From a virus, in IMG/VR virus record IMGVR_UViG_3300037882_002024, positions 7,245-71,244 of that record: 64,000 nucleotides of DNA; one strand, given 5' to 3'. Both the position numbers and the translations under genes were made by a program. A model generated the notes under the pieces. The model saw only the letters and a program-made list of their open reading frames with translations. It was not told the origin of the DNA and ran no database searches. Positions 26,234-33,807 of this stretch are shown in pieces. The first letter of the stretch is position 1. Each line of letters opens with the position of its first letter.

Positions 26234-26947
26234 ATGCAGAGCCGCGAAGTAGCCGCAAGTGAGCGCCCGATTATTTTGTGTGGGGCCTGTGGCAGCCAGC
26301 AAGTGATATTCTCTTCTGCGCAAGTGGTGTGCGCCAACTGTGCCGTCTCGCTGGCGGTGCTAGGGGAAGCGGGGCGCATGACCCTTAACGAGAAGGCCAT
26401 CAACTTGCGTCCGCTGATTGATTGCGGGCGCATTACTTATGCGCGTAGCGGCCAACGCGTCATGTATATTTGGAATAACCAGCCACGTCGCATTGCCGCG
26501 CATGACAGCGAGCCACTTGAGGCTACTGCTGTTGAGTTAGAGACAATTGAGGACGCAGGTGCGTTGCTCACTAGCCACAAAATTCAGATTGCAGCATTCT
26601 TTTCTGCTTGCCAACAGCGCGCCGAGCATGTAGCAGAGCTAGGCGGGCGCATCACTATCGTGACATCGCCACCGGAATCGAGCAAGGGCTGCGGCGATGT
26701 GCGCATGATTGTTGAGGCGCACACGCATGAACCAACAGACGACCGCAACAGCGGCGTGGTGTTCCGCACATTCCGGGGGTGCCCGCGCTGCGGTGAGGCG
26801 CACCAGATGGTAGCGTTTTGGCGTTATGCACGGCCAACAGTTGTTGATGGGAGAGCCAAGGTGTCGCACTTCGCGAGTTGCCCTAGCACTGGCGAGCCGA
26901 TAAACCTAATCACTAACGGGAGAAGCAAAGGTGAAAAAATCGCATGA
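26234..26947 (+). CDS. hypothetical protein with Zn-ribbon motifs
   Basis: CGAC...CANC and CPRCG...CPSTG; starts after box 26210. Confidence 0.55.
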   Translation: MQSREVAASERPIILCGACGSQQVIFSSAQVVCANCAVSLAVLGEAGRMTLNEKAINLRPLIDCGRITYARSGQRVMYIWNNQPRRIAAHDSEPLEATAVELETIEDAGALLTSHKIQIAAFFSACQQRAEHVAELGGRITIVTSPPESSKGCGDVRMIVEAHTHEPTDDRNSGVVFRTFRGCPRCGEAHQMVAFWRYARPTVVDGRAKVSHFASCPSTGEPINLITNGRSKGEKIA

Positions 26948-27173
26948 GGACAGCAGCGACAGAAGCGACGGCAGCGACGGCAGCACGCGCTTGGATGCAA
27001 TTGGGTCGATGCCTAACTTGGCCCTCAGAGGTTACGTCGTCTGCGGCATCGGTGAGAGCCAAGCCTACACTGAGGGGCGCCAAGCAAAAGTTGCTGGCCA
27101 GCTACCTAGCGCTTGCCCTTACAGAAATGGAGCGCCCGACTATGCGCAATGGTACAGGGGATACAGTGAGTAA
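26931..27173 (+). CDS. ribosome modulation factor (Rmf/CrpP)-like protein
   Basis: AYTEGRQAKVAGQLPSACPY...AQWYRGYSE parallels Rmf A..RGYQAG..G.....CPY.......WLGGW.E. Confidence 0.55.
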   Translation: MKKSHEDSSDRSDGSDGSTRLDAIGSMPNLALRGYVVCGIGESQAYTEGRQAKVAGQLPSACPYRNGAPDYAQWYRGYSE

Positions 27174-27576
27174 CGAGAGCAGCGCCTACGATTGGGCCGA
27201 CAACGCGTTAGCTGAGAAGGCGTCCGCGCACCGCAAGGGGCGCATCAAGCTGGGCCTGTGGAAGCGCTGCAAGGCGCATCTAGCAGGCTGGCTGGCAGGG
27301 CGCCGCGACGCTGCAAGGGTGGAGCTAGCGGTCGAGGCCGTAGCCTATTCATACTCCACGGCCCTGATGCGCGTAGCCGATCTTGAGGCCGAGCTAAGCC
27401 GCAAGACTAACGAGGCGCTTGGCCTCAAAGCAGAACTCGAAGCCTGTGAGAGCAGTCTGAAAATCTCACAGTTGGAAGTAACCTTGTTAGCCGAAGCGAA
27501 CAACCGGAACATTGAGCGCATCCGAGCGGAGCGCGCCGTTGTTGCAGAGCTAACCAACGGAGCGAAAGTGCAATGA
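27166..27576 (+). CDS. coiled-coil hypothetical protein
   Basis: GTG 27166 after AGGGG, overlapping upstream stop. Confidence 0.55.
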   Translation: MSNESSAYDWADNALAEKASAHRKGRIKLGLWKRCKAHLAGWLAGRRDAARVELAVEAVAYSYSTALMRVADLEAELSRKTNEALGLKAELEACESSLKISQLEVTLLAEANNRNIERIRAERAVVAELTNGAKVQ

Positions 27577-28079
27577 CGAAGGTAAAATTTTTTAGTGGCA
27601 TGCTGCTAGGCGTCATGCTAGCAACCGCCGCGATGGTATCCGTAGACTTGCGCGCTCAGCCGAAGGGCAAAGAGCCAGAGCTTAAGGTGGTGGTGCCGGT
27701 TGACTTGCCGAAGTCGCCGCCCGCCGGACCGAAGGATGACGCGCTCTATGTGTGGCAACAGCCAGAGCGTGGCTATCAGTCCGTCATCATCTTGAAGGCT
27801 ACGGCACCAGATCGGCTAGAATGCGGCCTGCTCGTGCCGATTACGCTGCGACTCAAAGACATCGAGGCCGTGCCGGGGAGAGAGCAAGACATTATGAAGG
27901 CGCTTGGTGACGAGGCCGTAGGGCGCCTGATGACTGCAGCGCTGGCAGGGCGCGTGGAAGACGGCTCAACCTACGCTGATTTTTGGGCAGGCAAGGAACG
28001 CGGCTGGCTGTCCGATTCGATGCTTAAGAGCGGCCTGTATCGCAAGAAGCAAGTCGTCATTCCGCCAGCGAAAAAATAG
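27573..28079 (+). CDS. exported hypothetical protein
   Basis: Signal peptide (LRA-Q); contains box 27582 in-frame. Confidence 0.6.
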   Translation: MTKVKFFSGMLLGVMLATAAMVSVDLRAQPKGKEPELKVVVPVDLPKSPPAGPKDDALYVWQQPERGYQSVIILKATAPDRLECGLLVPITLRLKDIEAVPGREQDIMKALGDEAVGRLMTAALAGRVEDGSTYADFWAGKERGWLSDSMLKSGLYRKKQVVIPPAKK

Positions 28080-28104
28080 CGCAGGGCAGGCAACAAGGTA
28101 ATCG

Positions 28105-28135
28105 AGAAGCGGCCACATGGCCGCTTCTTTTTTTT
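28105..28135 (+). terminator. intrinsic terminator
   Basis: AGAAGCGGCC-ACAT-GGCCGCTTCT followed by T-run. Confidence 0.85.
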
Positions 28136-28145
28136 GGAGTTCATA

Positions 28146-28937
28146 ATGATTCGTTGGCTACTGCGCGTCACAGGCCTTGCCTTCCTGATTCGGCGCACCG
28201 AGTTTAACCGTCCGCGCTTGAGCTTGCAGCTAATCAAGTTTGGCAACGATAGCGAACTCACAGGCCGTTGGACGCTGTGCGTGCTTAACCAGTTCGTGCG
28301 CCTGTGGGATTCACGCACGCCTTTGGTCGATCCTGATGGCATGCTCGACGGCTATGGCGTGTATTACTGCAGCGATTTGAAGACGCTCGTATTATGCTGG
28401 GGTTCCATACGCTCGCGTGGCTCAAGGCATTGGCGTATTCCGATGCCGTGGCAACGACGACGCCTGACGCACGAGGCCTTGCTGAAAGACGGTACGTGGC
28501 GCAAGCTCGCGTGGATTGAGGGCTGGTTGTCATGGCGCGGGCTGCGTTACGCGCAGAGTCCGTGGAAACCAGAAGAGCTTGCAGCCCTTGCAGGCCAGCA
28601 GCCGGACCCGCCTTACCCCGATGTGGTGCCTCAGTGGGTAAACGTGAGGCCGTTCTTTTATCGCTTGCGCAGTGGAGCGCATCAAGATACAGTAGCCACC
28701 ATCACCTGTGACCGATCGAAGTATACTTGGGCGCTATTCTGTTGGTTGCGTTTGCCTATCGTGACGAGGTGCCATCGTGCGCTGTGGTTCAGCTTAGCTG
28801 ACGAGATTGGCGCAGGCGTTGGGAGTTATAAGGGCGGCACCGTTGGCGCAGGCGATTATCTTAAGCGCGGCGAGTTGCCTTTGCTGGGCGCGCTGCGCAT
28901 CGAGATTGAATGGTCGAAGCGCCATCGTTTCGGGTAA
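28146..28937 (+). CDS. Trp-rich hypothetical protein
   Basis: GGAG RBS; 263 codons. Confidence 0.6.
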   Translation: MIRWLLRVTGLAFLIRRTEFNRPRLSLQLIKFGNDSELTGRWTLCVLNQFVRLWDSRTPLVDPDGMLDGYGVYYCSDLKTLVLCWGSIRSRGSRHWRIPMPWQRRRLTHEALLKDGTWRKLAWIEGWLSWRGLRYAQSPWKPEELAALAGQQPDPPYPDVVPQWVNVRPFFYRLRSGAHQDTVATITCDRSKYTWALFCWLRLPIVTRCHRALWFSLADEIGAGVGSYKGGTVGAGDYLKRGELPLLGALRIEIEWSKRHRFG

Positions 28938-29103
28938 AGTCGTGACAAACATGCAGCGCGACCATTATTGCTGTCGTTGGCGTGGTGTGGCAGACGTTGA
29001 ATCGGCAGCCGTCTTGTGTAGCATCATCGAGAGCAGTCACGACGCAGCCGTGCGAGCGCCATGACGCCTTGGCTAAAATTTTTTAGTAAATTGGGGACAG
29101 CTA

Positions 29104-30150
29104 ATGGCAATGCAGATTGGTCTTTTGAAGTCGTACACCGACGTCATTGCGCGCATGTATCAAGAAATGAGCCGCGTGTTAGGCGTCACGGGCGGGAGCT
29201 ATGCCGGGGGCAGTATGCTGGAGCTTGCCAACAGGCTGCTCAATCTCACAGTGGTCACCAGCGATGACTATGACGTTGAGGAAGATTTTAACAAGCTGAG
29301 CTACGACCTGCGCACCAACGTCACCGCCGACAAGGTTTGGCTGCGCAACTTTTGGGACAGCATTCAACAGCTAGACGACCACTATCAAGAGCATGGACCC
29401 ACAGGCATCAACAGCGCGGTGGTGTCGCTGCAAACCATGCTAGAGTATTGCAACACGCCCGGCGGCGGGGAGAAGTTTATGCACATGCTTAGCCCGTATT
29501 TCAGCGACTTGGTCTATATGATGACAGGCACGCGGCCTGCTGAGCCGTGGTACTATCACGGCAAAGGCATCGAGTTTAACTTGACCAGTGGCAGCATGGC
29601 CTCGCGTGCCGTGGGCGGCGCGTTCACGCATAACGAAGACTATGACCCGAACTACGCCGAGCTAGTCCCGCTGGTCGAAGTCATCACAGCGTTTAGTGGC
29701 GGGAGCGCGCCGCCCACGGTAACGATTGCAGGAACCGACGACGAAGGCGAAACCACAACGACGTGGACCTGCACACTGACAGGCAACAACCCCACAGGCC
29801 CCACATCCACAACGCTGAGCGCCGACCTTGCCACTGAAGGCTTTGTACGCGTCACGGTGGGGCTTGGTTCGATAACGGGCGTGGTCCGTGGAAGCGTGTT
29901 GGTGATCGCCTACGGCACCACCAAGCAAGAGACAGTCGTGGTGGAGAGCGTCAGCGGCAGCGACATAACCGCCGTGTTCCGCTACGATCATTCGTCGGGG
30001 GACAACGTGGATGTGATCCCGACTCACGAGACAACGCCGAGCGTGGCGAACCGCCGCATTCGCAGCGTGTCGAACATCACCATCGGCACCACAGGGCACG
30101 TTGCGGGCACCGTCCTTGTGGCCGGGCGCTGTGATCGTGTGGCTGCATAA
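29104..30150 (+). CDS. hypothetical protein, possibly virion-associated
   Basis: GGGGA RBS after box 29073; Thr/Gly/Val-rich beta-type C-terminal half. Confidence 0.6.
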   Translation: MAMQIGLLKSYTDVIARMYQEMSRVLGVTGGSYAGGSMLELANRLLNLTVVTSDDYDVEEDFNKLSYDLRTNVTADKVWLRNFWDSIQQLDDHYQEHGPTGINSAVVSLQTMLEYCNTPGGGEKFMHMLSPYFSDLVYMMTGTRPAEPWYYHGKGIEFNLTSGSMASRAVGGAFTHNEDYDPNYAELVPLVEVITAFSGGSAPPTVTIAGTDDEGETTTTWTCTLTGNNPTGPTSTTLSADLATEGFVRVTVGLGSITGVVRGSVLVIAYGTTKQETVVVESVSGSDITAVFRYDHSSGDNVDVIPTHETTPSVANRRIRSVSNITIGTTGHVAGTVLVAGRCDRVAA

Positions 30151-30160
30151 GGGGCCTCGT

Positions 30161-30427
30161 ATGTATTTTGTTGTTGTCACGGGCGCAATTGCGTGGGCCT
30201 TGACGATGTTGTGGATGATCCTGTGCATTCACCGACTTCGGCTTGCGCGCGAGCGCCAAGAACGCTATGACGCAGAGCGCATCAAAGCGCCTTGGTTAGG
30301 TGGCCCGCCGAACCCCAGCGCGAAGCCGTGCAAGCCTTGTCGCGGCTCTGGCGGAAATCATTACAGTGCTGACGGCAGTTGCCTTGACTGCCTCGGCACA
30401 GGAGTTGAAAAATGCAAGATACACTAA
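30161..30427 (+). CDS. single-TM protein with DnaJ-type CxxCxGxG zinc-finger repeats
   Basis: TM then CKPCRGSGG and CLDCLGTG. Confidence 0.55.
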   Translation: MYFVVVTGAIAWALTMLWMILCIHRLRLARERQERYDAERIKAPWLGGPPNPSAKPCKPCRGSGGNHYSADGSCLDCLGTGVEKCKIH

Positions 30428-30518
30428 TCGGCCTCGCGCTCGTCGCGGGCCTTGTCATTGCAGGCGTCATCATGCTAGGGCTGGTGATGCCTGCGCTCAT
30501 TTCGAGGAGTCGCAGGCG

Positions 30519-30818
30519 ATGATTCTCAAACCGGTTGGCGAAAAAATTTTAGTCCGTCTCGACGACGGCGAGCGCACTATCGGCCAGATTGTCTTGCCGG
30601 ACAGCGCCGTGCAGTTCCCGAATCGTGGCGTTGTCGCGGCGTTAGGGGATGGCCGCAACGAAGGCGATGGCCTTCTCCCCTACATGGTCATGGTCGGCGA
30701 CCGCATCCTCTTCGACCGCTATGCAGGCATCGAGGTCACCGGGGCCGATGATGGCAAGCGCTACAAGATGATGCGCGAGCAAGACATCGTTGCCATCGAC
30801 ACAGGAGCAAGAGAGTGA
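30519..30818 (+). CDS. groES: co-chaperonin GroES
   Basis: MILKPVGEKILV...IVLPDSA...GVVAALGDG...VGDRILFDRYAGIEV...MREQDIVA; GAGGAG RBS. Confidence 0.93.
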   Translation: MILKPVGEKILVRLDDGERTIGQIVLPDSAVQFPNRGVVAALGDGRNEGDGLLPYMVMVGDRILFDRYAGIEVTGADDGKRYKMMREQDIVAIDTGARE

Positions 30819-31087
30819 AGAGTATCTTAGATAGCGCGTGCGCTGCGGTGTACGAGTGGAGCGACGGCTCGCAGGTGCGCAAGGTGGGAGAGTTCTGGCT
30901 AGCCATCAAGGTGGACGGCGCCTATCTCACACTCCACGGGTCAACGATGGCTGGGCAGACGCCCGAAAGCCTTCACAATGCGTGTCGCTTTGAAACGGCA
31001 TCACTTGCCGCTGCTGAGTTGCGCCGCAGAGGCCTTGGGCCTGCACGCGAAGAGATGACCACAGAGCCAGCAAGCGCGGGGGCGTGA
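30815..31087 (+). CDS. hypothetical protein
   Basis: GTGA overlap with groES stop. Confidence 0.5.
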   Translation: MKSILDSACAAVYEWSDGSQVRKVGEFWLAIKVDGAYLTLHGSTMAGQTPESLHNACRFETASLAAAELRRRGLGPAREEMTTEPASAGA

Positions 31088-31159
31088 GGCTGGGAGAGCG
31101 CAGCCTCGCTACGCTCTGCCACATGGCGCCGGGGCAAAGTTTTTACAATGCTCCGGCGC

Positions 31160-31201
31160 TTAAAAATAATTAGTTGACATCTGCCGAAGTGATGCTAGGA
31201 T
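31160..31201 (+). promoter_or_regulatory. sigma70 promoter of the ncRNA/tRNA locus with box abutting the -35
   Basis: TTAAAAATAATTAG(31160)-TTGACA(31174)-16-TAGGAT with TG extension. Confidence 0.8.
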
Positions 31202-31207
31202 ACTTAC

Positions 31208-31921
31208 ATCAAAGACGCAAGGCCGATGCAAATGTGCTGACAGCTTTGCCGATGAGATGCTCAGGAGTCAGAGTATAACTGACCACGATCTGAGCCGTGC
31301 GTTATTACGGCCCGCCGAGGAACAGGGGCGCACCTTGTCCGCTCTGGAGTCCGAGGGTAAATGACCGCGCGGGAAGGCGTTTAACGAGCGGCGTTGGGAG
31401 TGTTGCTTCGGCAGCACAGCGCCTAAAAAGCATCCGGTGGTGGGAGACCTTAGCGAGAGCTACGAGGCACCTGAAAAACATCCGGCGCGAGAGCGCCTAA
31501 AATATCGGTTGCGTTCTTCTGGTGAACAGGCCAGACCTGTGCATTCCTGCTGCACGAACGCATTTGCGGGCCGTCTTAGCGCTTGTTGGAAACCTGCGCT
31601 ATGGCATTCCTTGGCCCGCACCCCTAAACTGGCTTGGTGTTTTGTTGTAAGGGCGCCAAGTCAGGGGCTGCAAGGAATGGTCATCTTGCAGCCCATTTGA
31701 ACGCTAGCGCGCGAAAGCTCTTGATTGGGCAACGGGAGCAAGTAGCGCGCTAGCTACCTAATACCCTTAAATGGGTAAGGCGAAGGCTTCGGCCTAGCCA
31801 TCACTAGGCCTGTGCGCCGCTCAGACATGACGCACAGACAATCCTAGGCCACCGCAGCAGTCCCTCCGTTTGCTGCGGTGCAAGGTGAAAGGCCTGCTGA
31901 AAGGCTGAGTAACCTTCTTCA
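31208..31921 (+). ncRNA. large, highly structured ncRNA candidate (GOLLD/ROOL-like size and context)
   Basis: No RBS-led ORF; many helices: GTGTTGC-TTCG-GCAGCAC, AGC-GAGA-GCT, GGCGC-GAGA-GCGCC, TGCGGGCC/GGCCCGCA, 12-bp 31630-31663, GGGCTGCAAG/CTTGCAGCCC, GCTAGCGCGC/GCGCGCTAGC with GAA/AGTA internal loop, ACCGCAGCA/TGCTGCGGT; directly upstream of tRNAs. Confidence 0.7.
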
Positions 31922-31995
31922 GTGGCACTTGTGTAAGGGAAACATACCGGCTCGTTAGGCCGGCGATGGGAGTTCGATTCTCTCGTGCCACACCA
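31922..31995 (+). tRNA. tRNA-Asn(GTT) with encoded CCA and atypical C33
   Basis: GTGGCAC/GTGCCAC acceptor, GTGT/ACAT D-stem, CCGGC-TCGTTAG-GCCGG, GGGAG-TTCGATT-CTCTC, ACCA 3' end. Confidence 0.85.
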
Positions 31996-32060
31996 CACAC
32001 GCCGCAGTCGCGGCTCACGATGCTCTGTAAAGGGCGCTCCGCAAGGGGTTGACAACGATG

Positions 32061-32102
32061 CCCGGCTGGTCGGTTTTCGAGGCCAAGGCCAGCCGGGTTT
32101 TT
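32061..32102 (+). terminator. terminator-like hairpin
   Basis: CCCGGCTGGTC...GGCCAGCCGGG followed by T5. Confidence 0.6.
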
Positions 32103-32175
32103 GATGCGATAGCTTAAACGGTAAAGCAACCGCCCTCTAAGCGGCACTACTGAGGTTCGACCCCTCTTCGCATCC
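32103..32175 (+). tRNA. tRNA-Arg(TCT)-like with atypical C33
   Basis: GATGCGA/TCGCATC acceptor, GCTT/AAGC D-stem, CCGC-CCTCTAA-GCGG, GAGG-TTCGACC-CCTC. Confidence 0.75.
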
Positions 32176-32176
32176 T

Positions 32177-32283
32177 ATCCACGAAGCCGGAAACGCGGAC
32201 GCGCGACGTTAGGCACGTTCTGGCCGCAATGCTGGCAGCGGGTTTACGGAACCAATTCGCAGGTGCAACGCCTGCCGTGGATA
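32177..32283 (+). tRNA. tRNA-like RNA (GTT loop) with ~41-nt branched variable region
   Basis: ATCCACG/CGTGGAT acceptor, CCG/CGG D-stem, CGCGC..ACGTTAG..GCACG anticodon-like arm, T-arm GCAGG-TGCAACG-CCTGC. Confidence 0.55.
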
Positions 32284-32285
32284 CT

Positions 32286-32358
32286 GCGCTCTGTGGGCAA
32301 CCGGAGAAGCCGCCCCGCTTAGGTGGGGAGAATGCTGGTTCAATTCCAGCCGGGCGCA
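32286..32358 (+). tRNA. degenerate tRNA-like RNA, anticodon ambiguous (CTTAGG loop)
   Basis: GCGCTC/GGGCGC acceptor with bulge, GGC/GCC D-stem, CCCCG/TGGGG stem with 6-nt loop, GCTGG-TTCAATT-CCAGC. Confidence 0.6.
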
Positions 32359-32366
32359 TTGCAAGT

Positions 32367-32469
32367 AGGGTCGTGCCCGAGTTGTCTAAGGGTGACCGGA
32401 TGCAAGACGCAACCTCTGGCGCACCGGGCCGATAGAGGGTGCGCCACAGGTGCGAATCCTGTCGCCCTG
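32367..32469 (+). tRNA. class-II-like tRNA-like RNA with poorly paired anticodon arm (GCA loop) and long variable stem
   Basis: AGGG/CCCT acceptor extended by GCAAGT/GCTTGC; D-arm TGCCCGAGTTGTCTAAGGG; variable stem TGGCGCACC/GGTGCGCCA; T-arm ACAGG-TGCGAAT-CCTGT. Confidence 0.55.
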
Positions 32470-32488
32470 CTTGCTTTTTAGGTGCATC

Positions 32489-32725
32489 ATGAAGGCCATC
32501 TTTTTGCTCGTAACACTTCTCGGCGCAGGCTGCGCGCAATCCAACCTCGAAGACGCTCAGCGGCGCTGGCAGCCCCAGCATGGTCGCGAGCAAGAGCGCA
32601 AGACGTACACAGTAAAGCGTCGCACGCCATCAGGCGTCATCATCACCTACACCGTGACGCCTAACTACAAGCCGGAAGACTTCAAGCATGCGCGCACCTA
32701 CAAGGTGCCTGTGCGCGCTGACTAA
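32489..32725 (+). CDS. small predicted lipoprotein
   Basis: MKAIFLLVTLLGAGC lipobox; TAA stop in box 32722. Confidence 0.6.
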   Translation: MKAIFLLVTLLGAGCAQSNLEDAQRRWQPQHGREQERKTYTVKRRTPSGVIITYTVTPNYKPEDFKHARTYKVPVRAD

Positions 32726-32783
32726 ATTATTTTAGCCACTTCTCAGAAAAATAGTTGACAGAGCGCAAGGGGGCGGCTATAGT
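32722..32783 (+). promoter_or_regulatory. box plus cassette promoter
   Basis: Box 32722, AAAAATAG-TTGACA(32755)-17-TATAGT; leader hairpin CAAGGCCA/TGGCCTTG; AGAGGCAAG RBS. Confidence 0.9.
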
Positions 32784-32832
32784 ATCTTCACAAGGCCAAC
32801 AACTGGCCTTGAACCAAACCAAGAGGCAAGCC

Positions 32833-33270
32833 ATGCAAGAGTTCATCAGCCAAATCGAAGCCAGCCAAGAAGTTTTCGCCCGCAACACTGCCGACCAAAT
32901 CAAGAAGCTGCAAGACGCCGAAGCCAAGCGCAACCTGCTGGTGGAAATGCTGAAAGCGCGTCTGGTAACGCTGGTGCCTGCGCTGGAGAAGCGAGGCCTC
33001 AATCTGACCGACCTGCGCTTCTACCTGAACGACAACGGCAGCCTTGTGGTTTCAGCCAAAGGCGTCCCTTACGCCGGAAGCAAATTCAGGTTCATCAAGT
33101 TTGCAGGCTACGACGCTCAAGGGCGCGGCCGCAACCGCAAAACGCTGGACGCCAAGAAAGACAAGCTCGAAGAGGCGCTGGGCGTGTTCGTGAACGAGTT
33201 TAGCTTGGAAGCCAAGGACGTGGACGCCAACAACCGCGTCCTGCTCTGCTGGAACGAAGTGGTGACGTAA
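32833..33270 (+). CDS. hypothetical protein (first gene of cassette)
   Basis: ATG after GAGGCAAGCC. Confidence 0.7.
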   Translation: MQEFISQIEASQEVFARNTADQIKKLQDAEAKRNLLVEMLKARLVTLVPALEKRGLNLTDLRFYLNDNGSLVVSAKGVPYAGSKFRFIKFAGYDAQGRGRNRKTLDAKKDKLEEALGVFVNEFSLEAKDVDANNRVLLCWNEVVT

Positions 33271-33334
33271 GCAGAGCAGGACAGCCTGCCCGTCGCCCTT
33301 CACTAAAATTTTTTACTCTGCTTTGGGGACTGCA

Positions 33335-33535
33335 ATGAGCAACGTGTTTACCTCTTTGACCGACCTGCGCATTTGGGTTAATGACCAAACGAGCGGCCGG
33401 GATGGATGGGGCAGCATTGAGCGCGAGGAAGTAGTGCGAGCGATCCGCAGGATGCGGGCGCGGCCTAACTGGAACGAAGACTGGCGCGAGTTCCTTGACA
33501 GCCTACCCGACCTCGGCGAATTGGCCGGCCTGTAA
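33335..33535 (+). CDS. hypothetical protein
   Basis: GGGGA RBS after box 33303. Confidence 0.55.
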   Translation: MSNVFTSLTDLRIWVNDQTSGRDGWGSIEREEVVRAIRRMRARPNWNEDWREFLDSLPDLGELAGL

Positions 33536-33610
33536 GCAGCACGCGTGCGGCACTTGTGATGGGGCTGCACGCCTTCCAACATCCACGGTCATTATTACTC
33601 TGAGGCTCCT

Positions 33611-33787
33611 ATGTTGAATTTTGCAAGACTGCGCTTGGTGCTGATGAAAGACGGGCGCTTAGTACGCACGCAGGTCTACACGCATCAAGGCGCCTGCCTT
33701 GTTGGTGACCCAACGGCCTACATCATGTTGGGCGGCGAGCTTGTGTGGGTGCGCCCCGGTGAGTCTGTGTCGTTCATTGAGGCCTAA
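33611..33787 (+). CDS. small hypothetical protein (58 aa)
   Basis: GAGG RBS; MLNFARLRLV...SFIEA, below ORF-track cutoff. Confidence 0.45.
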   Translation: MLNFARLRLVLMKDGRLVRTQVYTHQGACLVGDPTAYIMLGGELVWVRPGESVSFIEA

Positions 33788-33807
33788 AACTAACCAAGGG
33801 GAAAGCC

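Noticed and set aside
31240-31310. Hammerhead ribozyme at CCGATGAG...stem
   Set aside because: The core is CCGATGA rather than CTGANGA and there is no GAAA after stem II
32049-32077. Internal promoter at TTGACA 32049 for the downstream tRNAs
   Set aside because: No -10-like hexamer at 16-18 bp (GGTTTT at 17 bp)
32103-32175. Amber-suppressor (CTA) reading of the second tRNA and stop-codon recoding
   Set aside because: The stem pairs only with the loop CCTCTAA (anticodon TCT); TAG acts as a true stop for many coupled genes (e.g. 5069, 7131, 35053), so there is no sign of recoding
31297-32664. ORFs called by the track across the ncRNA/tRNA locus on both strands
   Set aside because: No RBS, no recognisable motifs, and they overlap clear tRNA arms and dense RNA helices
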